From Pseudogymnoascus verrucosus (Eukaryota): a DNA stretch of 53,983 nt. The notes beneath the pieces were generated by a model. It made no database searches, was not told where the DNA came from, and saw only the letters and a program-made list of their open reading frames with translations. Where the stretch lies: assembly GCA_001662655.1 (NCBI GenBank), contig KV460292.1, one strand, 5' to 3'. Numbering within the stretch: position 1 is the first letter of the stretch; the number at the start of each line of letters is the position of its first letter. Position numbers and translations under genes: made by a program. This document shows, in pieces, positions 35,292 to 46,506 of the stretch.

Positions 35292-35927
35292 TTATTTCGC
35301 TAATGGACTAAGTAACCAACCCAATTCTTGGGCTTTCTGAACACCTATGAGCTCCTCTAACCCCTGTCGAGATAAGAAGTCATGGTCACAGAACTCGAAC
35401 CCTGGGACGACGGTCTCGCTAATCAACAGCCCCTGACTATGAACTCCGCCGTCTTCGTCCGGTAGCAGATAACTCGCTTTATACTTGTCGCCTTCAACGA
35501 TCCACTGTAGCTTTTCTCCTTTTTCGATATTAGGTCCAACAATGAAGCTTTCAATCCTTTTTTCCTTCCCTAATTCATTGGCATGAATTATCACGTATCT
35601 TCCTCTACCCTTGTGTAATGTGTGTACTGTGCGCCCTTTGTTTCGATGGAATCCTCCTTGAGGACCATTTGGTGTAAGAAAATAATGAATTGTGGTCGAA
35701 GTATTTCGAAGGGTAGGGTCAAACCCAGGCCGTTTGGGTGTGAGCTCTGATGTGGAAGAGGCTTTGATGGGGAATGGAGAAGAAACGATATCTGGCGATC
35801 GGTCGGTTTCTATAAAGTAGCCCCCTTCGATGTGTGGCATCATCTTGAGTGCAGAAATGATAGCATCGACTCCCGGTGACTCTGTAGCACCTGGGTTGGT
35901 GGTGAAACTTGGCCTTAGAACTGCCAT
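35292..35927 (-). CDS. DUF985/Cupin_5 protein (yeast YML079W/Cff1-like)
   Basis: Motifs PHIEGGYFIETDR, STTIHYFL, FHRNK, LQWIVEG and LISETVVPGFEFCDH. The start is placed at MAVLRP. Confidence 0.9.
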   Translation of the reverse strand: MAVLRPSFTTNPGATESPGVDAIISALKMMPHIEGGYFIETDRSPDIVSSPFPIKASSTSELTPKRPGFDPTLRNTSTTIHYFLTPNGPQGGFHRNKGRTVHTLHKGRGRYVIIHANELGKEKRIESFIVGPNIEKGEKLQWIVEGDKYKASYLLPDEDGGVHSQGLLISETVVPGFEFCDHDFLSRQGLEELIGVQKAQELGWLLSPLAK

Positions 35928-36697
35928 AGTAGTATAACGCAAGGTATAAAAATGAAAGCTTATACAGATACTGCGACAATATATGACGCCGACAAAGAAA
36001 AGAAGCATGAAAAAGAGAACTTGACTTCACTATTGTTGTAGGTATTTTCGATTACGGAGCTTAATCGCCGCCTTCACTCCGTCTGACATAAGCGCTAACA
36101 ATAGTAGAGTATTCGACGATAACTTTGGCTATCCAACGCGCTTATGTGAGACTTATGGCGACATTTCTTACCTAAGTACATTTTTAATCTTGCTAATTTT
36201 GATGTATAACAAGTACAACAGCACTTTGTAGAATTCTCACTTTGTGCCCTGGCATAGATGCATTTGTTTCTGTTCCCTCTAACGCCTAATATAGTAATAC
36301 ACTCGTGTTAGGGTGCTGTGTTACACCTGACCCCTCGCCACGGGCGATATGCGAGCCAGCACGACTGCATCTATGTTCCAAATCTATATACGGTGTACCA
36401 TTACATGCAGACAAAATTTGAGCGCTTGTCTTCAGGCCCCCAATGACCTGTTTCTCTTCGAGATCTATTTGGCGACCATCTTGGAGCGCGAAAACAAAAA
36501 TATTTCAGATGATTTCACAAAGTGCGGTACAGCATTTTATTTAATTAAGAACAGTAAGAATTATTCCTAACTTATAATACGAAATTATCTGCATTTTATT
36601 CTACTTATCCTTAATAGGATCATTGTATGTGACATCCAGAATATTAAGAACCCATTCCAGAGTCACACATGAAGTAAGTTCAAACTTCTAGTTCCAC

Positions 36698-37990
36698 CTA
36701 CTCCTTAGACCCAAGCACCATGGCTAGGTTCCCATTTGTAGCATTGGTGTCGTTGCGGCCGAGGGAACCAAGTCCAAAGTTGCTGATAGCGCCGCGGAGG
36801 AGTCCATAATGGGTGATATACGAATCATCCTTGGTGTTAGGCTCAATCCCGTGCCCAAACAAAATAGTCGCAATTTGGTTGTTGTTGTTCGGAATATAGT
36901 CGTTATCATCCTGCCACGTCGCCTCGTCAAATGTCGCCACAATCAGCGTCCCCTGTTCCGTAAGCTCCTCAAGATACATATCTAGGAACGCATTGAACCA
37001 CATCCCGGCTGTAGTAGGCTGGTGGGCATAATCGCTGTTAGACTCGGGGTCATGTCCATTATGCAGCATATCCGGGACGTAGTAAGAGTACGCGGGCATA
37101 CTGTGGCCAAACACATCCTCATCGAACTTCGCGGTCGCATTGTAGACCTTGCTGCAGCGTTCGTAGTTCTCGGTGTACGTCGAGAACAGCAGCGCCGGAA
37201 CATCCAGGCGGCGGTATACAGGGCTGGACCAGTCGGGATTGGTGCTATCGAGCGGGCCGAGGAAGAGCTCATTGTTGCAGTCGTTCGGGCCGCGCTTCGT
37301 CTCAAGGGGCGTATAACCTTCGACGTAGGTAGCGTAGTTGATCTTCTCAGCGTCGAGGAGATCATACACAGTCGTAGTATTAACGTTATAGAGGTCCTCG
37401 CCAGCGATCCCAAAAAAGTCCCCAGCAAGGAGAGCAAGGTAGTTCGGTAGCGACGGGTGCGTGATGCCGTAGCTGTTCGTTAGGAGTCTTCCCCGTTTCG
37501 CGAGCAGCTTCCACCACTTATCAGCCATGGTCCAACCGTAGACTTCATTCTCGAAGATGACATGAAGGATCTTCTTGAACTTGCGGTCGCCGTCGCCGTG
37601 TATGTGCTGCCAGTCTGCGTCATCGTCGTTGGCTTTGGCGGGGAAGACCTTTTTCGGGGTCCCCTCGTTGATTACAAAGAAGGGGTACACGGTGTTGTCC
37701 GCTGGGGTATTTGGGATTCCGAGAGGGTCGGTTTGGGCAGTGTTGTTGTTAATGCCGACGGTGTTGTTGTTCACTGCCCAGCTGTAATAGCCGCCATAAT
37801 TGGACGCTTTGAAGGGTGGCTTGTACTGGACCTTGTAACCTGCCAACGACGGGTCGCTAGAGTTGTACAGGCCACCCCCTATGAATGGGACCTCGCTATC
37901 GGCAAGCTCGTGCTGCGCCGCCGCGCTACCAATTAGCGCAAGGAGAGCTGTGGCACTCGTCGCGCCTGCGGATTTCAGGTTGTAGCGCAT
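36698..37990 (-). CDS. Secreted acid phosphatase, phosphoesterase family, intronless
   Basis: A signal peptide plus motifs IFENE, THPSLPNY, HNGHD, TFDE and THY, with many N-glycosylation sequons. Confidence 0.9.
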   Translation of the reverse strand: MRYNLKSAGATSATALLALIGSAAAQHELADSEVPFIGGGLYNSSDPSLAGYKVQYKPPFKASNYGGYYSWAVNNNTVGINNNTAQTDPLGIPNTPADNTVYPFFVINEGTPKKVFPAKANDDDADWQHIHGDGDRKFKKILHVIFENEVYGWTMADKWWKLLAKRGRLLTNSYGITHPSLPNYLALLAGDFFGIAGEDLYNVNTTTVYDLLDAEKINYATYVEGYTPLETKRGPNDCNNELFLGPLDSTNPDWSSPVYRRLDVPALLFSTYTENYERCSKVYNATAKFDEDVFGHSMPAYSYYVPDMLHNGHDPESNSDYAHQPTTAGMWFNAFLDMYLEELTEQGTLIVATFDEATWQDDNDYIPNNNNQIATILFGHGIEPNTKDDSYITHYGLLRGAISNFGLGSLGRNDTNATNGNLAMVLGSKE

Positions 37991-39701
37991 GTTGAACAAC
38001 GGCTACGGAAGTATAAAGCCAATAGAAACCAACAAGAAAAGATGAAATTGTGTCTTTGTTGCTGGCCCAGAAATAACAACCTTTATTGTGGCCATAACCA
38101 AGTAGATATATGCTCAACCGCCGCCTACAGAGAGACAAGATCTGCGCCCTTTGGCTTCTACATTTTTCTGGAAATTATGATTAAATATCACATTAGATGA
38201 TTCTTCACTGGGATTGGGTAGAGGCAGAAATGTCGAAGCACGTTGTCAAAGACTTGGCAGAGGCTTGTCACACGTGGTCTGGAACTCGCCCTTGTTTAAA
38301 GATCGACGTTAAGCTAGCACTTACCGCAGTGGGCCCACAGTAGGCTGTGCAACCTCACGAGTTTGAGCAAGCAGAGTAGAGTATAAATTCTTCATTTCTA
38401 TTTTTTATAATATAGAGTTCACTTGTTACTCCCATTGATCCCTGCCATCACTATCACAAGATAAATCTGATCTAACCAACCGTTTCAAGCGCCACGTAGT
38501 CGCCCCTTGGATCGCCCAAGATTCAAGCTGGGTTTGTTCACAGACTAGATGCCGAGTTGCCCCAAGCTAGTGCCATCGCTGTTAGATTGTTTTAGCCAAC
38601 GGAGCTAGAATATAATATGAACTATTGCTGAGTCGGAATATAGTCTCACCCACGTGCACTGCTGATCATATGAGAGTAGTTATGAGGGATTATAATTGGT
38701 GCTGGGGCGATGCAGTGCATACTAACCAGGATACATTAATCAGCGGTTGCAAGAGTGGCAGTTGAAGTCGGCAGGGTTGTTGTTACTAGTCAGATAGTTG
38801 TGCGAAGGCCCGATATGATAATCTCAGTATAGTTGTACGTAACCTGGGTTTATCAGGTGGGACAGTTTGCAACGTGAAGGATCTACTTCATGCGACGGAG
38901 AAGGGCAGAAACTGAATCCAACTAGTCATCTTTAGAATTAAAGCACAGTGAGATGTACGGTCTCCCCTTTTGGCCGGTCAGGGCTCCTTGATTATTCCGG
39001 TGTCCCATGTTTGGTCATCGCCTAATGCGTCCATTACAGTTATATGTAAAATCTTGTCAGTTAAGAATAATCAGGAGAGCTGCAAAACCAACTAATATAT
39101 GTTCAGGGGCTTCGTTTCAGTTCGCTTGTTGGTTACCATAGCTTCTGAAGAGTAGGGACACAGAAACAAAAGGCTCTTAACGATGGGAAGCTTTCATGCA
39201 ACGCAGAACAAAGGGGATTCCGGGAGCCAACCACCAGCTTTACGATTTGACGCCCGTAAGTGCCTTGTTCCGGGCTGTCTGGTAGTTATGCTGGTTGCTA
39301 TGGCCTACTGAAATCAAAAGGTAATTGGGGTTGGAGGTAAAAGCAGCAATGGTCGAGGAGCGGGAACTTGGAGGCGGAATGCTGACAATGGGGTATAGTT
39401 TTAGTGATCCTGGCGCGGGAGCGACCGCACTGAAAATAGAAGGAAGAAATAGTCGCATATGGATACTATCAACAGCAGTAATATAGTATATAGGCGAAGT
39501 ACTATAGAATGGACAAATCAATTAACTAACTAACTGGTGGGCCTTACGTATTTAAGAGGCCTAACTGGAGTCCCAATCGAGGCATCTTTGGTTAATAGCA
39601 TTAGATCCGTCCCGCTGTGGTAGCGATAGACCCGAGGCCGAACGGCGGTTAAGAGGATTTGGCACTTCAGAATTATCCCAGCCTGTAAACATAGTCGCAG
39701 T

Positions 39702-40660
39702 ATCCAGGCTTGGATCATGACAAGGGTTCATTAACTTGGGAGCCGAAAACCGTCGACACTAAAACCCAAAACCCCTGAAACCAAAACATCAAAAGTCGAA
39801 AGACTAAAACCCTAAAATACTAAACAGAACATCTTGCACCAATTTTGACGTAGCAGCCTGACAAGAATATGACTGCCCCGAACTTGAGTGACGGCTGCGA
39901 GTTCTTATTGCTACACCCACAATATACAGGGCTGGATACCTTCAGGCGGTAAGGCGCGGATATACACCTACAACTTATTTGCAGGGAGCTGTATTCTCTA
40001 AACTGATTACTTGCTTGAATCACGCGTCCCCATGTCGACATCTATAGGCAACCGAGTATCAAATATCCTAGGAATTGAGAAAAGATAAATCAAGAAATAG
40101 TAAACCGAGGTTCGGGGGTCAAAGGCAGCTGGCGGGTAGGGTGCGTCATGGGGGACCGTTGGTTCTAAACCGCCGGTCTGAAGATTTCCAACCCAGACCA
40201 CGGACTAGGTTAGAAAATCAGGGCAAACCGCCCAAACCGGTGTGATGCCGTAACGGTCTGCCAAGAAACCGTTCGATATATCGTAGTGTACTACTACACC
40301 TATATAATATGTAAAGGAACTTAATCATGTGATAGACTATAATAACATATTATCACATGACAAAGTACCTTTACTTATAAAATAGGTGTAATAGTACATC
40401 CGCTATATTTTGAACGGTTTCTTAGCAGACCGGTGGGGGACCGTGGGTAATAGACCGGACCACGGTCTGGGTTGAAGATTTGGAACCGGATCGCCCCATG
40501 GTGCGGTCTGGGGTTGGTCCCTCGACGGGTCGGTCCCCCATGACGCACCCTACTATTAACCCACTGATGCTTTTTTATTAACCAGCTGCATATTAGAATA
40601 TATGTTAGTAGGACCTTGGCCGCTCCGTTCATCCTTGCCGCTTTTGCAATCGCCATTTTC
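39702..40660 (+). repeat. Dispersed module, copy 5 (long form), split by a MITE
   Basis: TTGAATCACGCGTCCCCATGTCGACATC...GGCAACCGAG lies before 40137, and CCACTGATGC...ATATGTTAG resumes after 40552. Confidence 0.82.
40137..40552. mobile_element. 416-bp non-autonomous TIR element (MITE, hAT-like TAGGG ends)
   Basis: Perfect 22-bp TIRs TAGGGTGCGTCATGGGGGACCG / CGGTCCCCCATGACGCACCCTA, ACCG/CGGT-rich subterminal arms and an AT-rich centre. Confidence 0.9.
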
Positions 40661-41223
40661 GTGTTTTGATACTTGCAAAGCGGCTCATTTTGTTGATTGT
40701 CGAGCATACGTTAGCACTTTCTACCATTACAATCCACTCCAACCTGACAGGCAGGACAGGTAAAATTTGCATATGGGCGCAAGTCAGATCCCCATGGTCG
40801 TGGCGCTTGTGGCGCACGGTCTCAGCGCTAAAAAAGCTTCGTTTATATCTACTGTACTTGGCATGGCTTCATCTGCACTCCCCTGGCCTGGACCCAGCCA
40901 CTTTCGGCTTTTAGCCAATTTAAGCCACTCTCAGCCTCACCATGCACGGAGAAGATGAGGAGTTAATTGGCCGTCCAAATTGCTAACAACAGAAAGAAGC
41001 CGCCTCGAGTATGCCTCGTGTGCCCAGCGGCTCGTTCGGCACACCGCATCTTTCCTACTTAGGTATCGTTTGTCTTATTTATCCCCGTCTTGGCCTTTAC
41101 GTCTCTGTTTATCTGTTGGGTCTGCTGAGGGTGGAAAGATTTGCCAATATTATAGCCAAGAACGCCTGCCCCTTAATACCCTTATACTCCTCTCCTCGCG
41201 TTGCTTCTGGTCTCTAGGTCACT

Positions 41224-42302
41224 ATGGTTCGCATTCTATTGCCAATATTCGCCGCAATTGGCGTTGCTACGGCTGTCGTCCAACTTACCACGACGGGTTG
41301 TAGCGATTCATCCGGCCTGCAGACCTGTTTGAATGCAGTCACAGCCTTAACGTCTAAGTGCTTGAACCAAGCAGACGCTGACGCGAGCCAGCTCGAAACT
41401 GTGGCGTGTGGTTGCACAAACTATATTTCGAGCTACAACTGCTACGCATCCCACTGCTGGAACCGCGTCAACGAGTGCGAGTACCAGTCGTACATCATCG
41501 AGTACCTGATCAATTGCCCAACTGCAAAGACTCCCGTTCCATACTTTCCCACACCAAAAGGAGCACCCGCCGCCTGCTCCTGCAACGTGGGGGAGGTCTA
41601 CGAAGCTATTACCGGGAGCATCTCCCAGGGCACGACATGCGTGAACAACCAGAATGGAGGCGACGCCTTTACGAATGTGCAGAGGATCCAGGGCTGCGAG
41701 TGCTGCGAAGTCAGCGCTGCCCTTTCGAGGTAAGTCACTCGCACCAGACATGACGCGAGTCCACTAACCGTACTAGCATCTATGGCATCTGCCCCACCAC
41801 TGACCCCACGCTCATCGGCTTGAACCAAGTCCAAAGTCTCGAAACGAATCTCAACACTCCGATCAACAGCTGCGCGCCCTACATCGCCAAGTACCCGTGC
41901 GAGTCTGACCTTGGTTTCCCTGCCGTCGCGGGCGGGACATTCTACGATGCTGCTAATCTCCCGGCGAGTGGGACGGCGACATTATCGAATGGGCCTGGGA
42001 CGGTTACGGCACCAGCTAGCGGGTCGGTGTTCACGTATACAAATCCCGCAGATAGCCAGGTGTATGTTATTTCGGCTGCAGGCGTAAAGGCTGGCGGGGG
42101 TGACAGCGGATCCGGCAACGCGGCCGCGACAACTACTGGCAGCAGTGGCAGTGGGAGCTCGGGTGGATCAGGGGGATCAAGTGGAGGGACCGCCACTGGG
42201 GGTGCTGCATCTCCAGGTAAGACGGGCGTGGCCGGACAGGTTTCGGCCAGATGGGGATTGCTTGTCGTTGCAGTTTTGGTTAGTTGCCTGATGGTATGCT
42301 AA
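41224..42302 (+). CDS. Secreted Cys-rich, probably GPI-anchored cell-surface protein; intron ~41730-41777
   Basis: A signal peptide, a Cys-rich N-terminal region, a Gly/Ser/Thr-rich stalk and a hydrophobic C-terminal tail. Confidence 0.88.
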
Positions 42303-42765
42303 AGGGATATATAGATAATACATAGTAATAGATATACAAACATACCCCTTTATTCTATATATCTAATTATGTGGGGTCTCACAACACGATTGGTTCCTAG
42401 GACCCGTGGTCTTTGGAGCCAGCTAATCCCCCCGACGTTCTCTGCTCTTAAGATAGCGGTGCGTGAGAGTCACTTAGCTCCTACGTTCCTATGTCGTGCG
42501 CCCAGCTCAGTCGTCATACCCAAAAAAGTCGGACGACGTTGAAGTTCCGATATTTCACCTCGTTTGCTAATCCTGGTAATATTCATGGTGCCATACCAAT
42601 TAACTTTTACGCATCCATGGTTACCTATAACGCATCTACTTATGACATTGACATTTTCCTAGATTTATCGGATTATGAGTCACTTACCTCTTTGTGTAGT
42701 AGAAACCCCACATAACTGGGTGGCTTTACAAGTTGCCGAAATAATTATGCACAAATATATTCACA

Positions 42766-43605
42766 TTAGAAAAAAATAAACGCTCCAAATGCAGCTAGCA
42801 CGCAGGATATGCCGACAACAGATACGCCAGGAACAACGAGTTGCTGGGCGACACTCTCATCGTCATTTGTACAATTAGCTGGTGCGTCTATGCCCCTGCA
42901 CAAGGTGGCCGCCAAGGAGGCAGACATGCTTGCAACAACAACGGAGTCGACCTTAACCTGACTAGGATTTGCGGTGGGCGTCGGGGTGGAGGACGCCACC
43001 ACTGCACATGTGTCGCCGCCAGACCAGTCCACCCCAAAAGGAACTGCCATGGTTCTGTCCGTAACGTTGATCGCAACCCCTAGTTCTGCGGGGCAGGTTT
43101 TGTTGTTTGTGACAGCAACAAGATCGATTTCTGGCGCAGAATTGTCGGTGGTGAAGAGGACAGACCAACTCGAGGAGTTGCGGATCATGTCACGGCTCAG
43201 CCCGGCGGAAAAGGCGACCTCATTGCAACTTTCCCAAGTCACATGCCAGGTCAGCCACCAACGGCCCTCCTTCGCGAAGACATCATGAAAGTAGTTGCAT
43301 ACAAAGTAGGGGTCATGACTAGACCAGTTTGCTAATCGCAAGTCGTGGGAGAAGCTGGCGCCGTCGTTCCCAAGCATGTTGTCCCAGTTCCGTATAGTGT
43401 AGGAGATATGAGGGTTGAGAAGTCGCGCACGCTCGGCATTCTGGAAGGCAAAAACGACGGGAAACCAGGTGGTGGGCGCATATGTTTCGTTGCGCGGGAA
43501 AACCAGGTCCACTTCCAACACGCTCGCAGCGGCAGCGTTCAGGTTGACAATGGCCCCAATACAGGCAACGAGGAACCAACTTTCCCTTGCTAGGGAGAAG
43601 CGCAT
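42766..43605 (-). CDS. Secreted, probably GPI-anchored protein (DUF7136-like), intronless
   Basis: A signal peptide, the EVDLVFPRNETYAP...FPVVFAFQN motif and a hydrophobic C-terminus. Confidence 0.85.
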   Translation of the reverse strand: MRFSLARESWFLVACIGAIVNLNAAAASVLEVDLVFPRNETYAPTTWFPVVFAFQNAERARLLNPHISYTIRNWDNMLGNDGASFSHDLRLANWSSHDPYFVCNYFHDVFAKEGRWWLTWHVTWESCNEVAFSAGLSRDMIRNSSSWSVLFTTDNSAPEIDLVAVTNNKTCPAELGVAINVTDRTMAVPFGVDWSGGDTCAVVASSTPTPTANPSQVKVDSVVVASMSASLAATLCRGIDAPANCTNDDESVAQQLVVPGVSVVGISCVLAAFGAFIFF

Positions 43606-44497
43606 GGTAGATAGAGGGTGATACTCGTATGATGCCGAGATGCCGAGGTGCGAGAAGAGTCAGGGAATGTTGAGGAGTAACAAACAGCACAACAGAGAAG
43701 AAAAGGCATAAAGGAGAGTTTGGGGATTTTGTAGTGAAAGTGATATATTAGACTAAACCAGATTGGCCGTAGCAGGAAGAATATGTGAAGGAACTCCCGA
43801 GATGGCGCTAACGGCTAATAGTGGAGACAGCGATTTTGTGCAGACTATGCGTCTGTGCTTTTTTCTCATATAAATCACTACAATTTGAGCACGGACCCGT
43901 GTTCATACTTATGGCGCCGTACTGTCCGTCCTCCATAAATGCACCATAAGTGCTCCGTCTCCGTACTTTCTACATGTAGAGAAAGAGCGATAGTTTATTA
44001 CTATGATAGACAACTACCCCAACCATGGGCCTATCTGCCGTAAAGTTGATCTTTACCCCATTCCTGTTCGGTCAGTGCTTGGCGTGACTAAGAGGAGGTG
44101 CGTGCCAGCAGGAGCTAGTTACCAGGAACAGAACCTAGCTTACATCCATCCGCCGATCCCCGGGCTACCCGGGACAGGGAGTTGGATATCAAGAATTACG
44201 TCTGCTCTACAAGTGTGTACAACTTAGTTACAAGGAAGGCCAGTATAAGACTAAACACACATAACAGTCCATGATATAAAAACAGAAACGGAATGTTATG
44301 TTACATAGTGCAGAAGCAGGGAAAGAAAAATATATACGGCAAACTATTATATAAAACGAAACACCACGCCTCAGCGCTTATAATTAAATAGAGGAGAAAT
44401 TGGTATGTACATAATCCCGTAAACCACTCATAGCTTACCTCCTGCCTTGGTAACTGCAGCATCATACTCGAACCCGCAATTCTGCTATACAAAACCG

Positions 44498-45841
44498 CTA
44501 ATCACGCTCTCCTCGTTCTGCAGTCATTGCAGCGGCCATCTTGCGCTTAATTGGTGGCAAGGAATTCACCGCCCTCATGCCAAGCCGCATTAGCACCAAT
44601 GCTAGTCCCCCTCGTAGTCCTGGCTTATAGATGGCATCGTCTGCATTAAATCTCTCGAGCGATTTCTCTACCCGATCCCAGGCATACGTGTGCATCTGCT
44701 GTTCATACTTTGCTACAGCTGTGACAACCGAGAGATCCTTCTCCGCCGACGACACTAGGGCTGCAGTTAATATCTGGGCATCAAGAAGTGCTGTATTCGC
44801 ACCGACGCCTAAACCGGGAGTCATTGTGTGAATGGCATCACCTATTAGAGTAACCGCGCTGCTTTCCCAGGGCTGTAGGCGCTCAGTCGTGCGGATGTTA
44901 AGCGGGAAACAGGTATTCGGTTCAGATAACTCAAATAGTTTACGCAAATCGGGATGCCAGGAGGAGGTGCGATCCAATAATAAAGCATGCAGACTCGGCC
45001 CGTCTAGAGACATGTAGTTATTGGGCAATCGTCGTCCGTGTGAGCCAAACCCAAGCATGATATAATCCCTCGTGTTATCAAAATTCAGGCCCGGCCATTC
45101 CTTTATTAGCTCTTGGTCGTTGGCCCCAACGTTATTTTTCAAATTTCCATTATGATCCCATGGAAACTCCATGACGTGGAGAATGCAGCTATCTCCGTGA
45201 GGTGCCGTGAACATGTTAACTCCTCTCAGAACTTTGGGAGTAAGCAATTTTCGCGTTTCTTCTGTGAGCGGGAGTTTCGCGGTTGCTCCATATAGCCCAG
45301 TCTCTTTCAAAATGGCGTGGGGAAGATACTGTTTTCGTACTAGGGAGTTTGTACCGTCCGCACCAACGAGAGCATCGCCAACAGCCTGAGTGCCGTCCTT
45401 GAAATTGGCGGTGACAGTACCGTCAGCGTTGAGGGTGTAGTGGGTGAATGCTTTATCGAATTTAACAGCATCCTCTAGTCCGGTAAGGAGGAGCTGGCGC
45501 AGCGTCATGCGGCTAACTGAGCGCTCAGCCCCTGCGCCATGTGGCGAGGACTCGCTGAAACCACTAATGCTGAGCAGCTCCGTATACTGTTCTGTGAGCA
45601 TGTTGAAATAGTCGGGAGTAATAGCAGTGGTACATTTGAAAACTTCGAATAGATCAGGTGGTAAGCAGGCGGCTAGGGATCGAGAACCATCTGGGGAGAT
45701 GCCGACACGGTAACCATACAGGCCGTCCTTCCGCGTGCGATCACGCTCGTAGATGGTGAATGAGATGTTCGCATTAGCTTTTTGCAAAGCGTGTCCTAGA
45801 GCAAGGCCGCCTGTACCAGCGCCAATTATGATGATATGCAT
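44498..45841 (-). CDS. FAD-dependent monooxygenase, intronless, bacterial-like
   Basis: Motifs IIGAGTGG, YERD, LVGADG and VTLIGDAIHTMTPGLGVGANTALLDA. Confidence 0.93.
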   Translation of the reverse strand: MHIIIIGAGTGGLALGHALQKANANISFTIYERDRTRKDGLYGYRVGISPDGSRSLAACLPPDLFEVFKCTTAITPDYFNMLTEQYTELLSISGFSESSPHGAGAERSVSRMTLRQLLLTGLEDAVKFDKAFTHYTLNADGTVTANFKDGTQAVGDALVGADGTNSLVRKQYLPHAILKETGLYGATAKLPLTEETRKLLTPKVLRGVNMFTAPHGDSCILHVMEFPWDHNGNLKNNVGANDQELIKEWPGLNFDNTRDYIMLGFGSHGRRLPNNYMSLDGPSLHALLLDRTSSWHPDLRKLFELSEPNTCFPLNIRTTERLQPWESSAVTLIGDAIHTMTPGLGVGANTALLDAQILTAALVSSAEKDLSVVTAVAKYEQQMHTYAWDRVEKSLERFNADDAIYKPGLRGGLALVLMRLGMRAVNSLPPIKRKMAAAMTAERGERD

Positions 45842-46506
45842 GGCTGCTTAGTAAATGATTGTTGGGGGTAAATGCGGTCGCCTTAATTACTACGACTTGG
45901 CTACCGATCTGCTATCGATTTTGTGACCTGTTCATAGGAATCTTTCGGCCTAAGGCACCTAACTCGACACTCCCCTCCTGTCTATTAAATGAATTGCTCT
46001 TCTCGGGTACTGAAGTTCTGCTCTTCGCAGTATTACGAGAATAATATTAAATGCCACTTGATTCCACTATTGATGCCCTGTTGTTAATACTGACGTTCAA
46101 CGTTCTCATGATTAAATGATGGTGATTATAGAACCACCTTGGGGAAGTTAATTATACGCAACCTCAATTTGAGCCATCAGTTAATTGAACTGTTTATTTA
46201 TCATCTATCGTCGCTATCGTTTCTCATCAAAATCAACATGTCTACTATCCATTTTTGAACACCAAATTGAAGTCAACTAGGATACCCTGTGTTGACGAGG
46301 TCAACCTGCTCAACCCAAGAACAAATCTAAAAAGAGACGACTTGCGACGCAAACCAAGAACATGAAAGAACCATCTTTTCCAACCTATAAAAATATTCAA
46401 ACGACGACGAGACCGGCTCGCAAAACAAACTCGAGTGTGAGACAACGCAGAAAAATATATATGAAATGAACAAAGAAAGAGATGCCAAGAGGGCTTCTTA
46501 ATGCCT

